Below, one piece after another: positions 19,104 to 29,292 of a stretch of 64,000 nt of DNA. The notes under the pieces were generated by a model. The model did not search any database. It had not been told where the DNA came from and was given only the letters and a program-made list of their open reading frames with translations. Numbering within the stretch: position 1 is the stretch's first letter; every line of letters begins with the position of its first letter. Position numbers and translations under genes: made by a program. The stretch lies in IMG/VR virus record IMGVR_UViG_3300020195_000009, positions 222,006-286,005 of that record; one strand, given 5' to 3'.

Positions 19104-19176
19104 CGCTCCCGGCAGGACTTGAACCTGCGACGTACGGATTTAGAAACCGATGTTCTGCCGACTGAACTACGGGAGC
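19104..19176 (-). tRNA. amber suppressor tRNA (anticodon CUA)
   Basis: GCTCCCG/CGGGAGC acceptor, GTTC/GAAC D stem, loop TT[CTA]AA at canonical spacing (anticodon stem has two T-T mismatches), T arm GCAGG-TTCAAGT-CCTGC, G73, no encoded CCA. Confidence 0.8.
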
Positions 19177-19182
19177 ACACAT

Positions 19183-19509
19183 TCACGCTAGCGCTAAAGG
19201 TAAATTCTTACACAACCGTTTAGCCGCAGGTTCCAAGGCGATTGCAGTTGTCTCATTGTCCCGATCTGGCTCTTTGAAGACCGAAACTTTCAAGCCTTGA
19301 TCCCCGGCCCTTTCAACGAGGCGGAGAAGAGCCGCCTCGTTGGGGACCGCTAGGATCGCAAGATGATTCGAGGTCTCATACCAATGGAGGTCTGTTTCAC
19401 TGTGCTGGGCGGAAAACTCCCGCCTGGCGTGGGCTGCTTGAACGGCTTGTTGCCCTGCGGGAAGGTCCGACCTCACAACGAGATAGAGCTTTTCCACCGA
19501 AAGCCCCAC
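19183..19509 (-). CDS. peptidyl-tRNA hydrolase type 2-like protein
   Basis: LYLVVRSDL..GQQAVQAAHA..F.EPD..TTAIALEP; start may be GTG at 19497. Confidence 0.7.
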   Translation of the reverse strand: MGLSVEKLYLVVRSDLPAGQQAVQAAHARREFSAQHSETDLHWYETSNHLAILAVPNEAALLRLVERAGDQGLKVSVFKEPDRDNETTAIALEPAAKRLCKNLPLALA

Positions 19510-20033
19510 AGCTCCAAGTTCGCCTTCACTCGCTGGAGAAGCGAAGGGCGCTGACTAGGCTTGGAAGGCTCCTGAACTTCAACCACCTCTTCGATGGGAA
19601 CCTTCGGAGCCGGCCCCCCATCGAGCCAGGACTTGATGGCGGTCTCGGGGAAGTGAACCATCAGGTCCTTGCTGAGGACGTTCCCCAGGGCTCTGTAGAG
19701 AGCCCCAGAGTACATCTTGTTCCAAGGGTGGCACTTGGCCTCGATGGTCTTGTACGGCCTCCCTCGGAGCAACCCAAGGAGCAGGAAGTAGACCCTGGCG
19801 TTCGAGCCCACCCCTCGCTTGTCGACCCAGAGGGCAGCCCTCTGGGTTCCAGTCTCAGGCCGCTTGAAGGCAATCCAAGCCTTCTTGCCCGTCACCTTTC
19901 GGCCGGACACATCCTTCTGGACCGGAGGCCGACCCTCCTTCCACTTGAGAGTTTGAATCTCCAGGCGGAGCTTCTTGCTCTCCTCGATGCGGTCTTTGAT
20001 GAGCTGCTTGATCGTCTGCTTTGCGTTTCTCAT
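19473..20033 (-). CDS. hypothetical protein
   Basis: GGAG RBS before ATG 20033; GLLRGRPYKTIE motif. Confidence 0.55.
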   Translation of the reverse strand: MRNAKQTIKQLIKDRIEESKKLRLEIQTLKWKEGRPPVQKDVSGRKVTGKKAWIAFKRPETGTQRAALWVDKRGVGSNARVYFLLLGLLRGRPYKTIEAKCHPWNKMYSGALYRALGNVLSKDLMVHFPETAIKSWLDGGPAPKVPIEEVVEVQEPSKPSQRPSLLQRVKANLELWGFRWKSSISL

Positions 20034-20384
20034 GACATTCTCCAGTTCTTTCGTTCGGGTTTGACCAGGCACGAAGGAACGGGAGGTGGGCCACGCGGAC
20101 CGCGTAGCTAGAAAAACGGAGGCTGTACCTACCAGTAGCGGGACATGGAAGTGAGAGTAACCCTCGGAGGGGCTGAGGTCAACAGCCGTGGAAGCTCTCT
20201 CGGACCCCCTGCTGGATGACCCGGATCGTGAGGGTATCCCAGCGGAACGCCTTAGCGTCCTGAACCAGGTTACCCATGGCTTCGTCCTCGGTCATGCCCC
20301 CAAGAGTGCCGAGGAAGTTCTCGATAGCGACCGTTCGGACCCCGTCCTGGTTCGCCAGCTCATGAATGCGGTTGAAGGTCAGCA

Positions 20385-20768
20385 TTAGAATTGCTCCACG
20401 AAGTAGATGTCCCCGCCGCCCGTGTGAACCTTGATTTCCGTAACCCGTACGGTGAAGGGTTTGCTTCCGTGGAAGCTCTTGTCCACGACCTCCACGACTT
20501 CCCCAACGGCGGGGGGCGTCCGTTTCCGGCAAACGTGTAGAACTTGAGCCGGGTGTGTCCCGACCTTGAACCGGAGCCTCACCGGCCGTCCCAATCGGTC
20601 CAGGCGTCCTCGGAGGACACACCCATGACCCGGCACCACCTCGGCCTCGACCGGCTCCACCTTCGCAGCCTTGACGGTGCGGGCGTAGGAGTTGGCAAGC
20701 GCCTCCGAGGGGAACGTCGCCTTGCCAGGGGTGCCGTTCTTCTGCGTGAAAGTAACTCGAAACGCCAT
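20385..20768 (-). CDS. hypothetical protein
   Basis: AGGAGG RBS at the predicted +1 of a class I promoter. Confidence 0.6.
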   Translation of the reverse strand: MAFRVTFTQKNGTPGKATFPSEALANSYARTVKAAKVEPVEAEVVPGHGCVLRGRLDRLGRPVRLRFKVGTHPAQVLHVCRKRTPPAVGEVVEVVDKSFHGSKPFTVRVTEIKVHTGGGDIYFVEQF

Positions 20769-20781
20769 CGTCGTGCCTCCT

Positions 20782-20817
20782 GTTGAGAGGACACGCGAGA
20801 GGGGTCAGGGTTCAACC
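20782..20817 (-). promoter_or_regulatory. class I promoter, short SD leader
   Basis: GGTTGAACC-N14-GTGTC-N8-AGGAGG..ATG(20768). Confidence 0.7.
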
Positions 20818-20825
20818 AGAAAACA

Positions 20826-21260
20826 TCAAGGGTCGGATTTTCGCCTCGTACCTGAACGTCTTGTGTGGGAAAGAGTCACGGCGTTGTTGACCCATCCGAG
20901 AACCCTGCCTAGATCGTAGGGCTTCAGGATGATCTTGAACACTCTTCGGTCCTTACGAGCGGCCACCACCTTCACCAAGTCGAACGGTTCTGTGAGCAGC
21001 AAGGCAACCAAGTAGGGCACCAAAGAGCCGGACTTCTGGAGGATATCGAGCCCGGTCCCATCGGGGAGCTGGTAGTCTGCAACCAGTACGTCAATGGGGC
21101 TCCGCCGTAAAACCTGGAGGGCTTGGGCAACCGTAGCTACAACCGTAACGTCTACGTGTGGGATGAGGAGTGGCCCCAACGTCTGACAAACCTCGCCCCC
21201 TTCGACGAGCAAGATTTGGCCGCGAACTGCTTGTATACCTTTGGCTAGTACCTGCGCCAC
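20826..21260 (-). CDS. stand-alone response regulator receiver (degenerate acidic pocket)
   Basis: ILLVE, DVLVADYQLPDGTGLDIL, KPYD. Confidence 0.75.
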   Translation of the reverse strand: MAQVLAKGIQAVRGQILLVEGGEVCQTLGPLLIPHVDVTVVATVAQALQVLRRSPIDVLVADYQLPDGTGLDILQKSGSLVPYLVALLLTEPFDLVKVVAARKDRRVFKIILKPYDLGRVLGWVNNAVTLSHTRRSGTRRKSDP

Positions 21261-21354
21261 GTTGGCCTTCAGTTTAGGTTGTATTTTGAAGTTGTCCTAA
21301 CTTTTCCACAACCTCACGAAACCCGTAGTAAAACTCGGTGTAATTGAGTTAGGC

Positions 21355-21762
21355 ATGCCTTTCCGCATCGGTTACCTCTATCGCCTCGAAGGTCACACGC
21401 CCGTGGCCGTGTCTTCGTTCGAGGAGTTCATGCGTTGGGAGCTGGAGACTCTCCACGAACAGAAAATCGTACGGAAGGATGTCGTGGGGGGCGTAGAGAT
21501 TTCCACGGTCTTCCTCGGCCGAAACCATCAGTTCCGGGATGGACCCCCTCTTGTGTTTGAGACGATGGTGTTTGGAGGTGCTGGGGATTACCAGGCTCGC
21601 TACTCCACGTGGGAGCAGGCCGAGCAAGGCCACGCTCGGGCTCTTGCTCAGGTACTTGCTCAAACTCAAGCCCTTGTACCCACGCACAAGGCTCCCGATT
21701 CAAACAAGCCACCCGACCCCTCCTTGAAAACCCGTCTGGAGCGAGTTGAGGAAGAGGACTAA
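21355..21762 (+). CDS. phage hypothetical protein ending in KTRLERV
   Basis: ISTVFLG..FETMVFGG..RYSTW..A..GH family-like motif. Confidence 0.65.
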   Translation: MPFRIGYLYRLEGHTPVAVSSFEEFMRWELETLHEQKIVRKDVVGGVEISTVFLGRNHQFRDGPPLVFETMVFGGAGDYQARYSTWEQAEQGHARALAQVLAQTQALVPTHKAPDSNKPPDPSLKTRLERVEEED

Positions 21763-21952
21763 CCCCTTCCAGCATCGAGCTTCACCATGGGTGCCGGCTC
21801 TGGCGGCATCGGTCCCGTCTTCACAGCGGGGCGGAAAAGGGACCAGATGATCCCCCCAAGGCAGACGGTGAACAGCACTGCCCCGAAGACTTTGATGAGG
21901 GTTGCAGGTGTCTTTGTCATACCCTCAGACCTTCCATAAGAAAGACACCGGG

Positions 21953-22459
21953 ATGATTACCTACCTCAAAGGCGATGCGACCTGCCCTCAAGCGAAGGGG
22001 ACCAAGCTGATTATACACATTTCAAACACGTTGGGCGGTTGGGGCAAAGGCTTCGTTCTAGCGATTTCCAAGCGTTGGAAGGCTCCTGAGGCTATGTACC
22101 GCCAGTGGTACCACCAACGAGATCCGATTCAAAACACCGAGCCCGGTGCGATCGTAATGACTTCCGGGCGTTTCGCTCTCGGGGAGACCCAGCTCGTAAT
22201 GGTCCAGTCAGGCTTGGCGGTCGTCAACATGATCGCCCAAGAGGGCATGCGAACTGGAAGCAAAGGACCGCCCATCCGGTACGAAGCTCTCAAGACGTGC
22301 CTTGGACTGGTCAACGGATATGCTAATTCTTTCAAGGCTTCCATCCATGCACCCAGAATTGGATGTGGACTTGCGGGCGGAAGCTGGGACAAGGTGGAAC
22401 CCATCATCCAGGAAACCCTTTCAGAGCGGGACGTGTACGTTTACGACTTTTCCGGTTGA
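21953..22459 (+). CDS. macro domain (Appr-1-p processing) protein
   Basis: GDAT, GGWGKGFVLAISKRW, VVNMIAQ, HAPRIGCGLAGGSW. Confidence 0.85.
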   Translation: MITYLKGDATCPQAKGTKLIIHISNTLGGWGKGFVLAISKRWKAPEAMYRQWYHQRDPIQNTEPGAIVMTSGRFALGETQLVMVQSGLAVVNMIAQEGMRTGSKGPPIRYEALKTCLGLVNGYANSFKASIHAPRIGCGLAGGSWDKVEPIIQETLSERDVYVYDFSG

Positions 22460-22488
22460 TTCCCCAACCCCTCAAGTGTTCCTCAAAC
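22454..22488 (+). promoter_or_regulatory. class I promoter, leaderless; its TGA is the macro gene stop
   Basis: GGTTGATTC-N13-GTGTT-N8-ATG(22489). Confidence 0.8.
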
Positions 22489-23992
22489 ATGAGCAAGGTT
22501 GCCCTCCCCGAGTCGATCAAGTCCCAGATGTCCGCCTGGCGTGAGGGCTTTTGCGACATGCCGTCCGAGTACGTCGCCTTCCACAAGGATCTTGCCGAGA
22601 AGGCGCTTCCCGTCCTCGTTGCGGAGCACGGGCTGACGGTCCACAGCACGACGATGAAGGGTGACGGTTGGATGGACGGCATGAACGTCCTCCAGGTGGT
22701 CATCGAAGAGAAATCGGGCCGCCTGGTGAAGCTCTCGTGGCACGACGGGAACCAGGAGTTCTTCGAGCGTGGCATCGGCTCGTTCCGCTACCGCCCGAAC
22801 CGGAAGGTGTCGTCGTGAAGATCGAAGCAGAGAAGGAGCGCCTCCAAGCGCAGCTCAAGACCGAGACGTACGAAAAGAACGGGGCCCTCTACTGGTCCGT
22901 GGGTTGTACGTGGAGTCCCCCGGAGGACCGCCCGGTCCCGATGGACGTCTTCCGGGATGCGGGCGTCGAGCCTCCGGCCGGTCAACAGGCCGCCGTCACG
23001 GCCCACACGGATGCGAATCTCGCCGCCTATCGTAAGGCCATGGAGAACCATGTCCCGAGCGCTGAGGAGATGTTCGAGATGCGGGCTGCGTTCGGTCCCG
23101 GAGCCACGGTCGTCAACGTCATCACGGGCAAGGAGACGAAGCTGTGAACACCACCAAGCCGGAAGGTCTCAGCGAGGCCGGGTCTAAGGCCTATGACGCC
23201 ATCATGCAGATTATCACGGAGAACGGCGCCACTAACACCGGGGAGTGCAAGGCGTTCTACTCCCCGACGGAGTGGGAGAAACGGGGCGAGTCCTACGGCA
23301 AGGGAGCCGAGCTGATCGTGGTCTACGACGGCGGGGACCACCGGAGGTTCTTCAACATGGACGCTGCGTACCCGACGTACATCAGTCACCTAAAGATGGT
23401 GAACGCTCTCGGGGCGGAAGGCTTGTTCTTCGAGGAATGCACGGGTTGGTATGCCGCCATCTACAAGGGGTAGCGGTGTAGAACCAACGGTGATTGATCT
23501 CGACCGCCTGGAACGACTCATCTCGTCTCGTTCCCGCGAGCCGCTCGTTTGGGAACGCAAGAAGAACGGCCGGGTCTTCCAAGGATCACACCTCGGACAG
23601 ACCCTCATCGCTCTCGATGACACCTACGAGGACAGCCAAGTCGACTGCGAGTTCATCGAGGCCGCCTGCGAGGCGCTCCCGGCTCTCATTGCCGAGGTCC
23701 GCAACCTCCGAAAGAAGAAGGTATGAGCCAGGTCGACGCTCCGTGGACGGATGACCAGGTGGCCTCCCTCAACGGCTACCAAGCGTGTGATTTCGTTCAC
23801 CCGTTCACCGGGAAGCGAGGCCCCAACGGAGAGGAGACTGTCCTCATCGCCACGAAGACCGGCTGGATCGAGAAGGAAGGCGGTCCGATCGTTCAGGAAT
23901 GGGCTCACGAATTCATGGCTGATTGGGGCTGGAAGAAAATGGTCCCGGAATGGCTTTGGGCCGCCAAAAAGGCTAGCGATGAGACCGCCTGA
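22489..23992 (+). other. run of small hypothetical genes (22489-22818, 22815-23147, 23144-23473, 23490-23726, 23723-23992)
   Basis: Overlapping start/stop codons downstream of class I and class II motifs. Confidence 0.55.
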
Positions 23993-24467
23993 GCGGCTCC
24001 ACTGGAAGATCATCAGTATCACCGGGCACCGCTCACTCACCTCGACTGATAGAGCCGTGGTCAGGAAGGGCATTCAAGCTCTCGTCAACAACAAGACGAT
24101 CGATGCCCTCTACTTCGGTGGAGCGAAGGGGGTCGATACGGAAGCCCTCAAGGCAGCCTTGGAGCTACGAACAGACAATAAGCCTTGGCTCACCGTGGTC
24201 CTCCCGGACACAATCTCTGACCAACCCTTTGAAACACGTGAGTGGACCCGCAAGGCCGATGAAGTCATCGAGCTGAAAAACCCCATCACCAAGGACAACA
24301 AGTTCGCGAGCTACCGAATCCGCAACCAGTACCTCGTGGACATCTGCAAGTTCCTCGTGGCCTTCTTCAATGGGGACTACAAGAGCGGTACGGGGCAAGC
24401 GGTCCGCATGGCCGAGAAGGTTGGCTTGGTCATCTATAGGGTCCCGGTATCAGGGAGAGATTCGTGA
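23979..24467 (+). CDS. SLOG superfamily (YspA/DprA-like) nucleotide-binding protein
   Basis: ITGHR, GGAKGVD, RNQYLVD, SGTGQAV. Confidence 0.75.
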   Translation: MRPPERLHWKIISITGHRSLTSTDRAVVRKGIQALVNNKTIDALYFGGAKGVDTEALKAALELRTDNKPWLTVVLPDTISDQPFETREWTRKADEVIELKNPITKDNKFASYRIRNQYLVDICKFLVAFFNGDYKSGTGQAVRMAEKVGLVIYRVPVSGRDS

Positions 24468-24781
24468 GCATTCCTTGGGCCATGGCGATCGGAGTTGGAA
24501 GCACTCTTGTCTTCATCCTCCTGTGCCTCGTGACCTTTAATTGGTGGTTCAACCGCCAACGGGAACAAGCACGTGTTGAGCCTAGGGTACCGGAACCTGA
24601 GGACACACTCACCCCTGAAGCCGAGGCCTTTCACAACGCACCAAGCGGAGCAAACCCCGCTGCCCGCCTTACCACGGTCAAAACCAAGAAGGTAAAGAAG
24701 AAGGCCAAGGCCGCCAAGCCAAGACGGCCCCCGAAGACCCGCAAGACCCGGTTCGACCGAATAGGTGAGGAGGACGATTAA
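24464..24781 (+). CDS. single-TM protein ending in KTRFDRIGEEDD
   Basis: Hydrophobic N-terminal helix, basic tail. Confidence 0.6.
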   Translation: MSIPWAMAIGVGSTLVFILLCLVTFNWWFNRQREQARVEPRVPEPEDTLTPEAEAFHNAPSGANPAARLTTVKTKKVKKKAKAAKPRRPPKTRKTRFDRIGEEDD

Positions 24782-25524
24782 CAGGGCTCGATGGTGAACG
24801 TCGGGTCAAAGTCCCTGTTGGGCTCTCCTGGCAACCGGCTGTTGACGTAGCCGAAGGGGTTGCAGACCACCCGCGTCTTGCCGACCACGTAGTCGTGGCT
24901 CGTATGTGTATGCCCGTGGATCCAGAGCTTCGCTTCCCCGTGTTCCACGATGTCCCCAACGTTGTGGACGAAGTAGCCGTTAATGGGTGATCGCTTGAAC
25001 CGAGGGGCGATGCTGTTGAGGTGCGGCACCATATGGGTGATGACCACGTCCCCTGGTTGAACCGTCTCACGAAGGAACTTGGCGGAAGCCTTCGCTCGTT
25101 CATGAACCCACTGAAGGCCGCCTTCGATATACTCGAAGTCCCCCATCTCAAAGTCGGTCAGAAGGCCAACCGGATGCTCATACCAGAGGGTGCAACCTAC
25201 GAAGCGTTGCCCTTGAACCTCGCACACACTCTGTTCGAGAATGGTCAAGTTGGAGCAGACCTCTTTGACCTTCTCGGCTTCCTCGAAGGCACCCTCCAAA
25301 GAGCCCCCGTAGGCCTCGTGATTACCTAGAACGTAGAGCACAGGCCGAGGAGCCACCGCAGATGAGAGGAGCGTCACCGCTTGGTAGAGCGTGTTGAAGG
25401 CTCCGATGTCCCCGGCAAGGATGAGGACATCAAACTCACCCTGGGTGACTTCGTTGACGAGGCTCCGCCCCCCATCCTTGTGGAACTCGAAGTGGAGGTC
25501 CGAGACGATCCGAAGTCTTGTCAT
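24778..25524 (-). CDS. calcineurin-like metallophosphoesterase
   Basis: SDLH, AGDI, GNHE, TH, HGHTH. Confidence 0.9.
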   Translation of the reverse strand: MTRLRIVSDLHFEFHKDGGRSLVNEVTQGEFDVLILAGDIGAFNTLYQAVTLLSSAVAPRPVLYVLGNHEAYGGSLEGAFEEAEKVKEVCSNLTILEQSVCEVQGQRFVGCTLWYEHPVGLLTDFEMGDFEYIEGGLQWVHERAKASAKFLRETVQPGDVVITHMVPHLNSIAPRFKRSPINGYFVHNVGDIVEHGEAKLWIHGHTHTSHDYVVGKTRVVCNPFGYVNSRLPGEPNRDFDPTFTIEPC

Positions 25525-25851
25525 TTGGACCTGCGAAGCAACTCCCCCCAGATCGCACGATCCAGAACATGCAGGGAATTAGCGTAAGCGTAACTTAAGA
25601 ACGCTGTCGGGTGCCGCAAGACTTCTCTATGGAAAAGACGTAGAATTTCATCGGTCTCCTCTGCTGTCGCATTGGGTTTCGAGGCGACGGTATCAACCCA
25701 AAGAGGGCGCAAGGAATCCACCTTGGAGATGGCTTGGTTCGCCTTCTTGCGGGCATCCCGCATCTGAGATCCAATGAACCCTCGGAGTGAGGTAAGCTCC
25801 GCACTCGTCAGGTGGGTGAGGTCGGGGACCTCAACGGGCATCGTGAGATGT

Positions 25852-26301
25852 TCAACGGGCACGTCCGGTACGAACACCGCCGGGCTGCATGGTTACAGCT
25901 GCCCACGCATTTTGCGGGGGTCGGGCAGGTCGAGGGGCGTTAGCCGTTGCGTAGTACTGGACGAAGACAACCTGCTGGATGTTGACCTGCTGGAAGTTGA
26001 CCGTCTGGACTTGGATAAAAGGTACCGGAGCCGGCCTCGATACCGAGACACTGAGCTTGTCGACATCGTTCTTGATGGCGCAAGCGAGCTTGAACTTACG
26101 GGTCTTCTCGGGATCGTTGTCCGTCCGATCCGGGTGAAGCTCGAAGGCCAGCTTCTTGAACCCAGCCTTTACCTTGTCTTTGAGCGCTTCGAGCTGACGC
26201 TGTGCATCCTCGAAGGAAGGAGCCCGTTGAATCAAGTGAAAGTCTTGGGGATTTACCCCCATCTCACCGAGGAGCTTCTGAACTTCGGGGTCCACGTTCA
26301 C
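25852..26301 (-). CDS. J-domain-like protein
   Basis: FKKLAFELHPDR (HPD) followed by EKTRKFK. Confidence 0.65.
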   Translation of the reverse strand: MNVDPEVQKLLGEMGVNPQDFHLIQRAPSFEDAQRQLEALKDKVKAGFKKLAFELHPDRTDNDPEKTRKFKLACAIKNDVDKLSVSVSRPAPVPFIQVQTVNFQQVNIQQVVFVQYYATANAPRPARPPQNAWAAVTMQPGGVRTGRAR

Positions 26302-26662
26302 CTACCAAGTTTTGAATAGCCTGACGGACCACCTGAATGTCTGTCTTCTCTAGCAACGGAACTGCGGCTTTACGCACTCTCTCGACCAGGTCCGTGGGGC
26401 CTCCCCCTGACCAAATGATAAAGCGATCCGCCAACCGAGGCATACTCCCTTGGACCCACAAGTAGAGGTCTAGCCCCGTGCCACCCGGCATCATGAGGTC
26501 CGAGATTATCCCATCAAACACGATCGAACGATCCGTCAGAATCTGCTTCGCCTCTTCTACATTTGAAGCCACGGAGGTTATGAAGTCCCCCTTCAGGAAT
26601 CGGACGAGACTCTGACGAACCATCAGGTCGTCATCAACGATCAACAAGTGAAGTTGAGGCAT
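26264..26662 (-). CDS. stand-alone response regulator receiver
   Basis: LIVDDD, IISDLMMPGGTGLDL, SG, EK; ATG 9 nt after class II motif. Confidence 0.85.
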   Translation of the reverse strand: MPQLHLLIVDDDLMVRQSLVRFLKGDFITSVASNVEEAKQILTDRSIVFDGIISDLMMPGGTGLDLYLWVQGSMPRLADRFIIWSGGGPTDLVERVRKAAVPLLEKTDIQVVRQAIQNLVGERGPRSSEAPR

Positions 26663-26733
26663 GTTTAACACTACACCTGGACGGTAACCGTTCTATGGTG
26701 TACTTAGCATAAAGGAAGTCCGTTGGAAAAACC

Positions 26734-27045
26734 ATGAGCAACGAGACCGATCAGACCCTCAACTGTCGTGACTGCAAGCAGCCTTTCGTCTTCACGGCGG
26801 GGGAAGCGAAGTTCTTTGCCGAGCGACAATTCACCACTCCGAACCGATGCAAGCCTTGCAGGGACAAGCGCAAGGCAGCCAAGGAAGCTGGGGAGGCCCC
26901 CGGTACCTTCAACCCCTCGGGTGGGTACACAACGACCAGCGCTCCGACTCCGGAAGCCCCCTATGACAGCGGGAAGGGTCCAGGTCGTCGGGGTGGTGGG
27001 GGTCGTGGTCGTAGAGGTCAAAACGCAGGCGGTTACGACGACTGA
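26734..27045 (+). CDS. zinc-ribbon (CxxC-x17-CxxC-like) protein with RGG tail
   Basis: CRDC..FVFTAGEAKFF..PNRCKPCR, GRRGGGGRGRRG. Confidence 0.75.
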   Translation: MSNETDQTLNCRDCKQPFVFTAGEAKFFAERQFTTPNRCKPCRDKRKAAKEAGEAPGTFNPSGGYTTTSAPTPEAPYDSGKGPGRRGGGGRGRRGQNAGGYDD

Positions 27046-27227
27046 CTGTTATCACCTAGGCCAACTCGACGGGGGCGAGGATGCCGCCCAGTAATTCGTC
27101 CGTGTTGGAGCACCGACCAAGTAGCTCACACCACACAGCGGAATCGAAGGGCCCCCGTCCGTACCGATGCTGATAGCTCCTAGGTTGAATTGAGCCGTAA
27201 CCCCAGCCGTTAGGTAGGTATGAGACC

Positions 27228-28031
27228 GTGAACAGGATCCCAGGCAGCAAGCTCACGACCGAGCGACCAGACATCTGGATGCTCGGCATGCAACTCGCGA
27301 CGTCGCTCACGGGCTACGCCTACCTGCCAAAGCTGGAGAATCCAGACGGCACGCTCTGGGCCTGCGGAGGCGGAGGCGGAGGCGGCATCGCCCCGAACTA
27401 CAATCCGAGTCACGTCCCGAGATACGTCCCGTCTCCTCCTGAGCCCGAGGATGAGGAGGAAGAGGAAGAGGAGGTGGAGGACCCATCTCAGATCGAGAGG
27501 GAGCGAATCGATCGAGAGATCGAGGACATCGAGGATTCGATCAAAAATGCTGAGGAGTCGATCCTGGAGATCAGCGATGAACTCGTCCAAAAAAAGAAGG
27601 AGCTGGTCGACCTGCAAAAACAACGCAAGCAGTTGATCAAGGATCGCAAGGTGCTGCTGGCATCCCCCGTCGTCTGGGTGCCGGAGGGAGCCATGGAGTG
27701 GCTGCTCCATGAGGTCGGCCACTACGTGGCGTCCACGCCGGCCGAGCGTCGGCTTCCGAACTACGGAGTCACTTCCGCCGAGTTTGGTCACGACGGCGAC
27801 CGTGAATGGCAAGCGTGGGCGTTCCAAGAAATCGTTCTCGCGCCGTGGGGACCAGCCCGCCACTTCGCGCCTCCGACCCAGCGAGACGGGGCGGCGTTCG
27901 CAAAGGCCGGTCCGATGCCGCAGCGTGCGCTTCACCACGTAGATCGGCGCATCGCGGAGCTGGGTCTAGACATCGAACGATGGCGCATCGTATGGGGCGC
28001 GTGGGCTGACTGGTTGAGGGTGACGCCGTGA
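27228..28031 (+). CDS. HExxH protein, C-terminus EpmC/YfcM-like, with acidic and coiled-coil insert
   Basis: LLHEVGHYVAS..RRLPNYG..E. Confidence 0.45.
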   Translation: MNRIPGSKLTTERPDIWMLGMQLATSLTGYAYLPKLENPDGTLWACGGGGGGGIAPNYNPSHVPRYVPSPPEPEDEEEEEEEVEDPSQIERERIDREIEDIEDSIKNAEESILEISDELVQKKKELVDLQKQRKQLIKDRKVLLASPVVWVPEGAMEWLLHEVGHYVASTPAERRLPNYGVTSAEFGHDGDREWQAWAFQEIVLAPWGPARHFAPPTQRDGAAFAKAGPMPQRALHHVDRRIAELGLDIERWRIVWGAWADWLRVTP

Positions 28032-28096
28032 GCGACCTCGAATGCGTCCCGGATGCGGGGACTGCGCCGAGCTGCGGGTGACGCCGTGAGCGACCT
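28018..28096 (+). repeat. 21-bp direct repeat, 58-bp period
   Basis: GGGTGACGCCGTGAGCGACCT at 28018 and 28076. Confidence 0.85.
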
Positions 28097-28426
28097 GGAG
28101 TGCGACCACGCGTTGACGTCGCTCGTCATTCGCGACGGCGTGATGTGGCTCACTGTCTGCGCTATCGACAGCAGGACGTGGATCGTGACGTGGAGCAACG
28201 TGCCGCCGGCGGCGGATCCGATCGAGGAAGGCAAGGAGGAGCGATGAGCACTATCACCGTCCCGCAGCGTCGCTGCCGTCAACAGCCGATCAGCTCGTAG
28301 TTCACGCCGATCAGCTCGTGTGGCTCATGATTATCACAGACCAAGTCCTCCACGTGGTCTGTAACGCCTTCGCCCTTCGGTACCTCACGTGATTTCTCGG
28401 TAGTCGTTTTCTAAGCTTCCCTCGGC

Positions 28427-28744
28427 ATGAGCCACGACTACGATCGCCGAACGGCTGCGTCCAAAACAAAGAAGCTCCCGTCGGTTGGGGCAACCCAGAG
28501 GTGGGCTGTCATGGATGGAGACCAACAGATCGGGATCGTCGAGAAGAATCGGTCCACCGCGAGTTCTCTGGAGCCCTACCACGCCTCCGTGGGGGTTGGG
28601 AAAGAGGAGAAGTCCGTGGGGGCTTTCTATGACGAAGAGGAAGCCAAGAAGAAAGGCCCTCAGATGTCCGACGAGACACGGAAGAAGGTCAAGTGGGGTG
28701 GCCTGGACGCTGCAATCAAGGCGGTCGAGCAAGCAGCCAAGTGA
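28427..28744 (+). CDS. hypothetical protein
   Basis: Phage-like codon use; overlaps next ORF (28741-29058). Confidence 0.5.
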   Translation: MSHDYDRRTAASKTKKLPSVGATQRWAVMDGDQQIGIVEKNRSTASSLEPYHASVGVGKEEKSVGAFYDEEEAKKKGPQMSDETRKKVKWGGLDAAIKAVEQAAK

Positions 28745-29022
28745 AGTCCCTCCGGGATCTCGTCACGACCAAGGCCACCTCGGATACCGACATTCACGGG
28801 TCGGCTCGTGGCGAGGGTCCGACTGCCGATCCTGGGGTTCACCCGGATGAAGCTCGCTTTACGGCGAGGATGCCCGGAGACGCATCCGACCACCCGTTGA
28901 ACTCCGACAACCCCTTCAGGGGGAAGAACCCTCAGACGGTCCTCCGGGCTCTCCGAGAAGGCAACCTCTCCCCTGACCAGGAGCGCCAAGCTCGGGCAGC
29001 CATCGACACCTACGCGAAGCTT

Positions 29023-29292
29023 TCAGGTGATCCCGTCGGGGGTCCTAGGAAGCCCTAGACCTTTCACGATCTTCAAGATGTCCCGCGATGTGACCACAAG
29101 ACACTTCGCTTGAATTTCGGTGATACGACGCTTGGGGATGTCGTAGTGAGGGTACGAAGACTTCGAGTGGAACCAGCAGCGGAGGATGCCTAGTTCCTTT
29201 GCCATTCGGTGCAAGTTCTCGATACTGTAGGGTTCGCAGACAAGGTGCCGAGCCTCATCGCAGTAGAACGTGAGCTTCTCAGTCAACGTCAT
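29023..29292 (-). CDS. DUF4031-like protein
   Basis: HLV...LH..A..LGI...WF...HYDI...R. Confidence 0.65.
   Translation of the reverse strand: MTLTEKLTFYCDEARHLVCEPYSIENLHRMAKELGILRCWFHSKSSYPHYDIPKRRITEIQAKCLVVTSRDILKIVKGLGLPRTPDGIT

Noticed and set aside
17880-19176. tRNAs as Arg(TCT) or pyrrolysine tRNA
   Set aside because: Stem register centres CTA in a 7-nt loop; arms are canonical in length, unlike tRNA-Pyl
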